Part shown: positions 56,568 through 64,000 of the stretch, piece after piece
Numbering within the stretch: the first letter of the stretch is position 1
Layout of the letters: each line of letters opens with the position of its first letter
Origin: an uncultured Candidatus Saccharibacteria bacterium
GTDB taxonomy: Bacteria > Patescibacteriota > WWE3 > UBA101185 > UBA10185
Reading direction: 5' to 3'
Length of the DNA: 64,000 nucleotides
Assembly: GCA_964385105.1 (NCBI GenBank)
Contig: CAYLMU010000001.1
Location: forward strand, 66,252-130,251
The notes under the pieces: generated by a model
Database searches by the model: none
What the model was told of the DNA's origin: nothing
What the model saw: the letters and a program-made list of their open reading frames with translations, nothing else
Program-made: the position numbers and the translations under genes

Positions 56568-57786
56568 GTCTTTTGCTTCTTGACGGGTGTCTTAATTTTC
56601 GCAAAGCTTTAGCCTCAATTTGCCTAATTCTCTCTCGGGTTACGCCAAACTCTTTGCCTACTTCTTCGAGTGTTCTGGTTCTGCCGTCTCTAAGACCAAA
56701 GCGCAATTCCAACACTTTTTGTTCGCGGGGATTCAATGTACCAAGTACATCACCAATGTGTCCCTTTAACAACTCTGCACTGGCAGATTCAAATGGAGAT
56801 TGAATATTTGTGTCTTCAATAAATTCTTTAAGAGTACTGTCATCTTCACGTCCGACGGTTTTTTCAAGAGATGTGGTGTTTTGCATAATTTTTTTAATTT
56901 CTTTTGCTTTTTCAATATCTATATCCATTCTCTTTGCAACCTCACGTGCTTTTGCCGGACGTTCTTTTTCCTGCTCAATCTCTCTTGCAACTTTTCGGTA
57001 CTTGTTTATTGTTTCAATCATGTGTACCGGAATTCTAATTGTTCTTGCCTGGTCAGCTATAGCCCTTGTTATTGCTTGTCTAATCCACCATGTAGCATAT
57101 GTAGAAAATTTAAAACCTCGTCTCCAGTCAAATTTATCTACAGCTTTCATTAGACCCATGTTACCTTCTTGAATAAGGTCTAAAAACGACAAACCTCTGC
57201 CCATATACCTTTTGGCAATAGAAACAACAAGCCTTAAATTAGATTTGGTTAATCTTTCTTCTGCTGCTTGCATTTCTTTTATTGTGAATTTCTTTGAGTT
57301 TGCCTTTATTTCATCAATATATTTTGTTTCAACACCCATTTCTTCGGCGATTTCTTCAGGCTTTGGTTCTCTTCCCAAATCTTCTTTTAGCGATTTTTTT
57401 ACTCGAGTGTATCTTAAAGCTTCAGCTTTTTGTGCCAAGTCTATTTCTTCGGCTGCAGTTAATAAATCCGACTTGCCGATTTCTTTTAAATACATTCTTA
57501 CAGGGTCTATTGAGCGTGTTTTATCAAGTTGAATTTTTGATAAATCAACCTTTTCTTCAGCAAGTCTTTGTGCTTCTTTTTCAAGCTCCACGTCATACAC
57601 ATCCACACCTGCTTCCAAAAGTTTTTCATACAAAGTATCCAACTCATCAATATTTTCTTCAGCATCAGGAAAAAACTCCATTACTTCGGCTTGAGTTAAA
57701 TACCCTCTTTTTTTACCTTGAGTAATCAGTTTTTGCAGATTTTTCTCTCTAGATGTTTCTTTTTTTGAATTATCTTTTTTTGCCAT
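56548..57786 (-). CDS. rpoD: Primary sigma factor RpoD/SigA
   Basis: Region 1.1, [62 protein letters not shown]. Confidence 0.97.
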   Translation of the reverse strand: MAKKDNSKKETSREKNLQKLITQGKKRGYLTQAEVMEFFPDAEENIDELDTLYEKLLEAGVDVYDVELEKEAQRLAEEKVDLSKIQLDKTRSIDPVRMYLKEIGKSDLLTAAEEIDLAQKAEALRYTRVKKSLKEDLGREPKPEEIAEEMGVETKYIDEIKANSKKFTIKEMQAAEERLTKSNLRLVVSIAKRYMGRGLSFLDLIQEGNMGLMKAVDKFDWRRGFKFSTYATWWIRQAITRAIADQARTIRIPVHMIETINKYRKVAREIEQEKERPAKAREVAKRMDIDIEKAKEIKKIMQNTTSLEKTVGREDDSTLKEFIEDTNIQSPFESASAELLKGHIGDVLGTLNPREQKVLELRFGLRDGRTRTLEEVGKEFGVTRERIRQIEAKALRKLRHPSRSKRLRDYLE

Positions 57787-57801
57787 AGTTCCTTTTAAAA
57801 T

Positions 57802-59586
57802 TTATAACTCGTACTGTTTTTTTAATTTAGATAACCGTAGAACTTCTTCGGTTAATTTTTGAATCTCGTCGGAATTATTTATAAGTTCCGCTTTTTTTAA
57901 TCTTTCTTTAATTTCTATAAGTTCTCGACCTACCGTTTCAGATTTCAAGCGTTTGAATGTTTGGTTAACTTCTTTGTCAATAAGCTTAGAATCCTCGTGT
58001 AAATCGCCCAGGTCAGTCATATAAATTTCCCGGGATTTTTCTTGTAAACTTTCATTTAGCTTACTAATAAAGTATTCTATATCAATTTGGCGTTTTCTAC
58101 CAATTACATACTCTTTGAACTCTGAGAATATACCTAAATTTTGTTCATTAGTAAAGTCATTTCTTCCTAGTTTATACAATATGTTTTGAGCTAATTCAAG
58201 TTCACTGTTGAATAATAATGCCAACATGTAATCTTCTGTAGATATTTTTATAGAATTGGCATTTATTTGTACGGTTGCTTTGAATGCTTTCTCTATTTCT
58301 TTGTTTGCCAATTTAGTATGAGATTCCTTAATAATTGTTAAAATCGTCTCTTCAGATATTTCTATTACTTCAGACAATTTTTTAACATAGTGGTCAAGGA
58401 TTACTTTACTTTGGATTTTTGCATATTTTGGTGCCAGCTCTTCAATAAAGCGCTTTTTTCCTATAGCTGTTTTTATATCATGTTTTTGCATTGCCAGTGA
58501 AAAATAAAAATCGTAAATAGGAACTGCATCTTTAACCACTTTTTTTGCTCTAGAAAGATCTGATTTAATCAGCTCATCAAGGTCTTTGAACTTTTCCGGA
58601 AGCATAACAACTTTCATATTAAAATCTTCTTTTTCGGCCAAATCAATCGACCTGTCTATGGCTGCCTGACCTGCCGAATCGGAGTCAAAACAAAATGATA
58701 TGTCTGATGTGAACCTTTTTAAAATTTTAAGTTGATTTTGCGTTAATGCAGTTCCGGATGTAGCAATAGCGTTTTTTATACCTGCCTGATGCGCGCTTAT
58801 TACATCCATTTGACCTTCAACAAATAGTGCTCCTTTTGATTTAATTTCGACTTTAGATTGCTCTAAGCCGTAAATATATGAATTTTTGTGAAATACAAAT
58901 GTTTCTTGCGTGTTTAAATATTTAGGCTCTTGCCCGTAAACCGACCTTCCGGTGAATCCAACCACTTTTTCGTGAGTTGATACGAACGGAAACATTATCC
59001 GCCCTCTAAATTTATCTAAATATCCATCACCTGACCTTTTTTTTATTACAACGCCGGCCATTTCAAGATCCTGTGGTTTATAGCCTTTTTTTGTTAAATA
59101 TTGGTATAGCAAATCCCATTCTTGAGGGGCAAATCCCAACCTAAACTCACCTATTGTTTTTTTTGACAATCCACGTTTTTTTTCCAAATACTCAAGACCC
59201 GGTTTTCCGCTTGAGTGATTTAATAGTAAGTGAGAATAAAATTTTGTAGCAACTTCATTGATTTCAAAAATAAGTGCTTTTTTCTCTGAATTTGGGTCAA
59301 AGGCAGCTTTTTCAAGTTTTATTCCTGCTTTGTCGGCAAGTTGTTCAAGTGCTTTTACAAATTCGATTCCCTCTATTTCTTGAATAAAACTGAATATATC
59401 CCCTGATTTGCCGCAACCGAAACATTTATACATTTGCAACTCGGGCGAAACCATAAATGAAGGCGTGTCTTCAGAATGAAACGGGCAATTAGCCTTGTAA
59501 TTTTTCCCTGCTTTTTTAAGCTCGACATAACTGCCGATTATATCGGTTATATTTAAAGTTTGCTTAATTTGATTAATTTGATCCAT
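57802..59586 (-). CDS. dnaG: DNA primase
   Basis: CPFH...CFGC zinc finger, DKFRGRIMFP, GFTGR, PKYLN, VEGQMDV, FDSDSAG. Confidence 0.97.
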   Translation of the reverse strand: MDQINQIKQTLNITDIIGSYVELKKAGKNYKANCPFHSEDTPSFMVSPELQMYKCFGCGKSGDIFSFIQEIEGIEFVKALEQLADKAGIKLEKAAFDPNSEKKALIFEINEVATKFYSHLLLNHSSGKPGLEYLEKKRGLSKKTIGEFRLGFAPQEWDLLYQYLTKKGYKPQDLEMAGVVIKKRSGDGYLDKFRGRIMFPFVSTHEKVVGFTGRSVYGQEPKYLNTQETFVFHKNSYIYGLEQSKVEIKSKGALFVEGQMDVISAHQAGIKNAIATSGTALTQNQLKILKRFTSDISFCFDSDSAGQAAIDRSIDLAEKEDFNMKVVMLPEKFKDLDELIKSDLSRAKKVVKDAVPIYDFYFSLAMQKHDIKTAIGKKRFIEELAPKYAKIQSKVILDHYVKKLSEVIEISEETILTIIKESHTKLANKEIEKAFKATVQINANSIKISTEDYMLALLFNSELELAQNILYKLGRNDFTNEQNLGIFSEFKEYVIGRKRQIDIEYFISKLNESLQEKSREIYMTDLGDLHEDSKLIDKEVNQTFKRLKSETVGRELIEIKERLKKAELINNSDEIQKLTEEVLRLSKLKKQYEL

Positions 59587-59636
59587 TTAAATCATTATGG
59601 GGTAATTGTGGGTTATTATACAAGATTGTGACAATT

Positions 59637-59665
59637 TTGCACAAATATAAAACCTATAGTATAAT
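59637..59665 (+). promoter_or_regulatory. Sigma70 promoter carrying the recurrent CCTATAGTATAAT motif
   Basis: TTGCAC-17 bp-TATAAT; the same 13-mer occurs at 40346-40358(-) and 63449-63461(-). Confidence 0.7.
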
Positions 59666-59708
59666 TCCCTGAGAGACATTGACATACAGATATGTATAAA
59701 GGAGAGGT

Positions 59709-60209
59709 GTGGTGAAAGATAGAGCTTTTGTTTTTTATTTTGTTTTCTATTGCGGGTGTTTGTTTGCAATTGCAATCGTGACCTATAGCCATCTGACTAG
59801 ACATGAAGTCATAACAGGTAAAAATCTGAGGTTTGAAACAAGTAGCGAAGAACACTTTACAATTGATGCAGAATCTGTAGTTATAGAAGGTGGTTCACCA
59901 ATGCCTTTTATACTCAAAAACGTTGAAACACTCCAAGTGATTTCTAGTACACCCGGAGTACGGCAGATTGGTAACCCTGCAAAAGACGTACATGTTTTAT
60001 CACCCGTAGAAGTTTCTGGAGGTATGTGGGTTTTTGAGTCGGGCGGTAATTATGTTGAATTACGGGTAGTTGATTCAAGCAGCACGACCATCACCATAGA
60101 AAGCACGAGGATAACAAAAGGTTTGGCTTATATAGCTACAATTATAAGTGTTTTCTTTGTTGGCGGCGTATTATTCATTATAATGGGAACGTTTCTGGTT
60201 GAGTATTAG
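59709..60209 (+). CDS. Orphan membrane protein (TM, beta-rich domain, TM)
   Basis: GGAG-type SD, own promoter and terminator, terminal hydrophobic helices. Confidence 0.65.
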   Translation: MVKDRAFVFYFVFYCGCLFAIAIVTYSHLTRHEVITGKNLRFETSSEEHFTIDAESVVIEGGSPMPFILKNVETLQVISSTPGVRQIGNPAKDVHVLSPVEVSGGMWVFESGGNYVELRVVDSSSTTITIESTRITKGLAYIATIISVFFVGGVLFIIMGTFLVEY

Positions 60210-60219
60210 GGATGTTTTT

Positions 60220-60262
60220 GTTCCTCAATCATTATTGTCGGTGGTTGAGGAACTCTTTTTAT
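60220..60262 (+). terminator. Rho-independent terminator
   Basis: GTTCCTCAA/TTGAGGAAC stem (60220-60253) followed by TCTTTTTAT. Confidence 0.75.
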
Positions 60263-60359
60263 TTAATTATTCTAGTCTTAATCCTAAGCTTTTGATTTAC
60301 TTCGAGCTACACTTTCAGGAAGTGTTTCTTTCATTACTACTAAATTGGCATAACTGGTT

Positions 60360-60470
60360 TCAATTTTGTTCAATTTTTTCTGTGAACATGCTTATAGGTC
60401 GTACCCAGATTTTGCTCATGTCGTTATTTCTATAAGCAAGTAAACCTTCATTGCTGTGTTTTAGTAAAGT
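60360..60470 (-). pseudogene. DUF1653-like gene remnant
   Basis: Minus frame KHSNEGLLAYRNNDMSKIWVRPISMFTEKIEQN* contains the WVRPxxMFxE signature; no intact N-terminus or start. Confidence 0.5.
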
Positions 60471-60646
60471 TTGTTGTATTTGTTTTTGGTTGTAACATTA
60501 TACAGTTCTTGTGGCGATGTCTTTAAAGTCGATTCCATTGAATGTTCCTGATTTAGTGCCGTTTGAAAATTTATTATGCAGAGTAATCAATAAACCTAAA
60601 AAAACAGAAATGGTAATAATTATATATAGTTAAATTTCGGTTCACT

Positions 60647-61621
60647 TTAAAACTGTGGTGTGAGTGCACCTCTATGAAGGTAAAATTCTACAAACAAAAA
60701 TAACAAGTATACTAATAGTAAAATAAATCCTTCGAGGCGTGATATTGAATTTTTGGTTCGTGCAAAGTAATAAAACATTATCAAGCCGCCAACTAAAAAC
60801 AACAAGCTTACTAAATAACTATTAGTTAAATATACAGGTTCACCGTAAACTAAAGTTAATGCACCAAGAAAAAAAGTATTGAAAGAAGCTGAACCCACAT
60901 AGTCCCCAAACGCTACTTGATTACTTTTCATAAATGCCGATCTTAAAACAAATGAAAGCTCGGGAATGTTTGTACCTATACTAATAACAAGTAAACTGAT
61001 TAAAAATGGTGAAACTTCCAATAATTCCGAAAAATAAAGTGTTTGTTCAACCACAAATTTGCTGGCAATAAAAATAACTGCTAACCCAAATAATATTCTT
61101 AACAATTCCATTCCTACTTTTGTACCTGAATTGGCATTCATTGATTTGATTTTTTCGTACAAACCGCGACGTGTTTGAATTGATATAAGTAAAAAAGCAA
61201 AAAGTACAAGTGTAATAATGGCATCAGTACGGCCAATTTTCCCATCCATTGCTAATATAACTGGAAGCGCTATAACAACAAGTGATGCCGGCAGATTATA
61301 ACCTTGTAGCTCGGGAGATATTTTGATTTTATTTCCGGTTATGGCTAATAGTGGAATAATAAGCATAAAAATAACAATAGATGCGCCGATGAGGTTTCCC
61401 ACATAAATTTCGGGATCATTTTCTATTATGGAGTTAACACCAACCGAAAACTCGCTAATTGAAGTAAAAAGCCCAAGAACAATAAAAGAAATTGCAAATG
61501 AAGACACTTTCAATAGTTTTGAAAGTCTTTCAATTGAGCCAATAGCCAAACCTGAGCCAATCCAGATTCCGCTAAATGATAGTGTGTATATTAAAAGGTG
61601 GGGCAGAATGTTATTAGGCAT
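60647..61621 (-). CDS. Ca2+/Na+ antiporter (CaCA, YrbG-like)
   Basis: Alpha repeats TSISEF...GNLIGAS and GTNIPEL...GDYVGSA; about 10 TM. Confidence 0.88.
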   Translation of the reverse strand: MPNNILPHLLIYTLSFSGIWIGSGLAIGSIERLSKLLKVSSFAISFIVLGLFTSISEFSVGVNSIIENDPEIYVGNLIGASIVIFMLIIPLLAITGNKIKISPELQGYNLPASLVVIALPVILAMDGKIGRTDAIITLVLFAFLLISIQTRRGLYEKIKSMNANSGTKVGMELLRILFGLAVIFIASKFVVEQTLYFSELLEVSPFLISLLVISIGTNIPELSFVLRSAFMKSNQVAFGDYVGSASFNTFFLGALTLVYGEPVYLTNSYLVSLLFLVGGLIMFYYFARTKNSISRLEGFILLLVYLLFLFVEFYLHRGALTPQF

Positions 61622-61671
61622 GGTTTATATAGTATCAATTTATTGTGAGGAAGTCATTTGCAGGTTTTTAA

Positions 61672-61761
61672 TGGCGGAAGGAGGGGGATTCGAACCCCCG
61701 AGGCGCTTGCGCGCCGCGTCGCTTTCCAGGCGAGCCGATTAGTCCACTCTCGCATCCTTCC
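61672..61761 (-). tRNA. tRNA-Ser(GGA)
   Basis: GGAAGGA acceptor, GG D-loop, CT-GGA-AA anticodon loop, long variable arm, GGTTCGAATCC, G73, encoded CCA; 90 nt. Confidence 0.96.
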
Positions 61762-61804
61762 AAGGTTATGGCAGCTTACATTTTAACATTTGCATGATTA
61801 GATT

Positions 61805-61847
61805 AAATAGAAACCCTGCATGTAATTTTTGTTAGCATGCAGGGCTT
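61805..61847 (-). terminator. Terminator-like hairpin
   Basis: CCCTGCATG 61814-61822 / CATGCAGGG 61836-61844, followed by a T-rich stretch on the minus strand. Confidence 0.65.
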
Positions 61848-61864
61848 ATAACTTACTTGCTTTA

Positions 61865-62407
61865 TCACATTTTCATGAACCTTCTAAATAAACGAGGTAG
61901 TTCAGGTTGAACAAGTTCTATGGGCTCTTTGCCTTGCAGTACCCGTTGAGCTTGTATTTCTTCCTGAAACCGTAGAGCAATGTCTATGTTTGTAGTCCAG
62001 AGATTTGGTTGCACATACCAAACAGGAATGCTTTGAATTCCCTTTTTGGCTTTTACCGGGAATTTAAGAGCAATCCCGTATCCGGGTATATCAAACGATC
62101 GAATCCTTTCGACGGTTGGTTTTAAGGGGTGGTCTGACATCTCTATATAGTTAGGTATAACATATATTCTGTACCACTCCCCATATGACGTAAAATCTAA
62201 GGCCTCACCAACATTTGGAGTCAAAAACAAAAATACAGGGACGCTCCTTTCTATAACGCCTCCCAAATACAGATGTTTGGCTCTTTCAAAAACTTGACGT
62301 TTAGCATGCCATAATAACTGCGAAATTACTCTTATGCACGTTTTTCGCTCTTCATTACGTGCTCCACGTATACTAATTACCTCGTATCTTAATTCACCGC
62401 TAAGCAT
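61865..62407 (-). CDS. Orphan hypothetical protein
   Basis: AAGGAG SD, 180-aa ORF, downstream terminator. Confidence 0.6.
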   Translation of the reverse strand: MLSGELRYEVISIRGARNEERKTCIRVISQLLWHAKRQVFERAKHLYLGGVIERSVPVFLFLTPNVGEALDFTSYGEWYRIYVIPNYIEMSDHPLKPTVERIRSFDIPGYGIALKFPVKAKKGIQSIPVWYVQPNLWTTNIDIALRFQEEIQAQRVLQGKEPIELVQPELPRLFRRFMKM

Positions 62408-62463
62408 CTCTAACTCCTTTTATCAGTAAATGTGAAAATTAAAAGCTATTAAGGGTTTAGAAT

Positions 62464-62769
62464 TTATTCCTTCTTTTTGTCGAGAAGTTTGTCGAGTTTT
62501 AAACCCTTAAACACGTAGTACACAACAATTGCTATAACCACAAAATCCAACAAACTACTTAAAAAGTTGCCATATAGCACTTCGCTTCCTGCAATTGTGA
62601 ATTTTAGCTCTTTAAGATTTTCAGGCTTGCCCAAAAAGATTCCCACCACGGGGTTTACAATATCGCTTACTAATGAACGTGCTACAGTAGATGCCGCACC
62701 TCCAAGCATAAAACCTATTGCAAGACCCATAACGCCTTGTTCGCGAATGAAATCTATGAAGCCTTTCAT
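62464..62769 (-). CDS. mscL: Large-conductance mechanosensitive channel
   Basis: FIDFIREQGVMGLAIG...SLVSDIVNP...YGNFL...DF. Confidence 0.9.
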   Translation of the reverse strand: MKGFIDFIREQGVMGLAIGFMLGGAASTVARSLVSDIVNPVVGIFLGKPENLKELKFTIAGSEVLYGNFLSSLLDFVVIAIVVYYVFKGLKLDKLLDKKKE

Positions 62770-62863
62770 GTTGTTATTAAATACTATTTGTTGCTGGTTG
62801 GCAAATGTTTGATTAAGAGTGTGGAGTGAAATTATTCATCCATGTATCAAATGAGTATTTTAT

Positions 62864-62903
62864 AAAAAGAATCCCCCTCAGAAATTTAATATCTTCGGGG
62901 GTT
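62864..62903 (-). terminator. Terminator-like hairpin after the lipoprotein gene
   Basis: CCCCC 62873-62877 / GGGGG 62897-62901 imperfect stem, followed on the minus strand by ATTCTTTTT. Confidence 0.5.
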
Positions 62904-62917
62904 GTTAGGATAACAAC

Positions 62918-63409
62918 TTAAGGGTGTGGTGGAACAACAACAAACGGTTTTGATCCAACTTTCACACCTGAGTATGTTAATGCCAGCGAATGTCTGCATG
63001 TATATGCTTTATATGCATACAATGGCTGTTCAGTAGTATCATCACAGGTGATTGTACCCAATTGTTCTCCTGGTTTTAATTTGGAGAGTTCACCTGACCA
63101 TACCCAGCCGTCATCCACTCGAACCAAGGTGTTGCTTGACCAGGAAATATTTAGTGCGCCGCTCTCACAGTAGGGAAGTTCTTCCCATACACCTTCGAGA
63201 GACGGTGTAAACTCCCATACCTTGAATCCACTTCCGGCTGCATCAAAGCCCCAGCAGGTAACTTCCGCTTCGGGTTCGACTTCAGGGAATTCAATAATTA
63301 TAACCTGTCGTTCCGGGGTTGGCTGTACCTCGGAGGTCGGTTGAATACCACATGCCGATAAAATGGCACAAGTAAAAGCAATCAATACTAAAAATCTAAG
63401 CTGTTTCAT
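62918..63409 (-). CDS. Orphan lipoprotein
   Basis: Lipobox LSAC, Pro/Thr linker, 4 further Cys; AAGGAG SD; TTGACT-17-TATAAT promoter. Confidence 0.7.
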   Translation of the reverse strand: MKQLRFLVLIAFTCAILSACGIQPTSEVQPTPERQVIIIEFPEVEPEAEVTCWGFDAAGSGFKVWEFTPSLEGVWEELPYCESGALNISWSSNTLVRVDDGWVWSGELSKLKPGEQLGTITCDDTTEQPLYAYKAYTCRHSLALTYSGVKVGSKPFVVVPPHP

Positions 63410-63677
63410 CTAAATAGTCTCCTTGTGTTGTGGGTAATTTCTGGCGTTATTATACTATAGGGTATATATTAAGTCAATTCTTACACGCTTCTTTTTCATT
63501 TGTATTGAGCTTATTTGTGTGATCTCACTTACTGGTGGGCGACTGTGTACGAAGTTAGACATTATTTTATCACCTAGATTAGGTTAATATATGTTGCTTT
63601 AACAGTTTGACATTAAACCTATAGTAGGTTATAGTTGGGAAAGCTTTAATCAACCATCCCAAATTAGGAGAAAAAAT

Positions 63678-63947
63678 ATGTTTACTCTCGGAATTACCCT
63701 GCTCGTGGTTGGTGCCGTTATCGGCGTGGGCGCTTTCATCTTCGCTGCTGTAAATATGGGGCGTGCCTTCAAAGACCCGTTCAGCATGCTCGATATGGAT
63801 GAAACCTCCGGCAAGAAGAAAAGCGGATTCGCCGGCTTTTTCGGGGGTCATGTCGGCGCGATGATCGCCATGTCTATGGGCGGTCTGGTGTCCTTCGTTG
63901 GCATTGTCCTCATTATCGTTTGGGTGGCGCAGAAGTTCATCGGCTAA
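63678..63947 (+). CDS. Small 2-TM orphan protein, markedly higher GC than the flanks
   Basis: AGGAG SD; TTGACA(63607-63612)-17-TATAGT promoter; C-ending codon bias unlike the core genes. Confidence 0.7.
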   Translation: MFTLGITLLVVGAVIGVGAFIFAAVNMGRAFKDPFSMLDMDETSGKKKSGFAGFFGGHVGAMIAMSMGGLVSFVGIVLIIVWVAQKFIG

Positions 63948-64000
63948 CACACTCCCGCCCCGTACGACCAAAGGCCTTAGTGATAAGTGTTCAAACACTC

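Noticed and set aside
61428-61742. 104-aa ORF on the plus strand
   Set aside because: It is an antisense shadow of the antiporter and tRNA-Ser; MAEGGGFEPP is the typical translation of a reverse-complemented tRNA.
464-62812. Numerous 60-170 aa ORFs nested antisense or out of frame in long genes (e.g. 464-691, 8290-8808, 54005-54466, 57294-57725, 60199-60435)
   Set aside because: They have no recognisable motifs or start signals and lie over well-supported genes or a terminator.
63449-63462. ACTATAGGG resembling the T7 promoter end (vector contamination)
   Set aside because: The TAATACGACTC part is absent, and the motif sits natively in several sigma70 promoters.
63579-63998. 139-aa minus-strand ORF
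   Set aside because: It is antisense to the SD- and promoter-supported 63678-63947 gene, and is open only because of the high GC.
1-64000. CRISPR array, rRNA, IS/transposase or prophage
   Set aside because: No regularly spaced repeats, rRNA signatures, transposase, integrase or phage structural genes were recognised.

Overview
Low-GC chromosomal segment of a Patescibacteria/CPR bacterium (gene content and order most suggestive of the WWE3/Microgenomates side; genetic code 11), spanning the replication origin. Left arm: a CPR-type T4SS-like locus with five VirB2/TrbC-like pilins plus a pilin relic, an Ig-like protein, a 1078-aa protein with an M23-like tail, VirB6-like, PrgI-like and VirB4 genes. 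It converges on dnaN-jag-yidC-yidD-rnpA-rpmH. dnaA follows, then a clear oriC (DnaA boxes, DnaA-trios, AT-rich tract). Right arm: monoderm-type envelope genes (murT-gatD, two FemABX, dacA, uppS, GT-C glycosyltransferases, O-antigen ligase, an epimerase-DUF4012 fusion), housekeeping genes (greA, rplY, metG, rmuC, two UvrD-family helicases, ksgA, trmH-like, trxA, gap, pgi, rpoD, dnaG, mscL), tRNA-Ser(GGA) and several orphan genes. Most striking: an un-annotated 74-nt non-canonical tRNA (38624-38697) with a UGU anticodon position, D-loop GG replaced by UU, T-loop UUC replaced by UGA, an A51-U63 pair and an encoded CCA. It has its own -10 box and sits 10 nt upstream of a PvcA/Dit1-like enzyme gene, about 2.3 kb from two Fem aminoacyl-tRNA-dependent ligases, so it is a candidate dedicated non-ribosomal tRNA/enzyme system. 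Other signals: gene-conversion tracks among pilins, a 13-bp promoter motif shared by orphan genes, pervasive leaderless promoters, an unannotated 28-aa basic ORF and a greA leader terminator. All product calls are by eye from motifs; no database searches were run.
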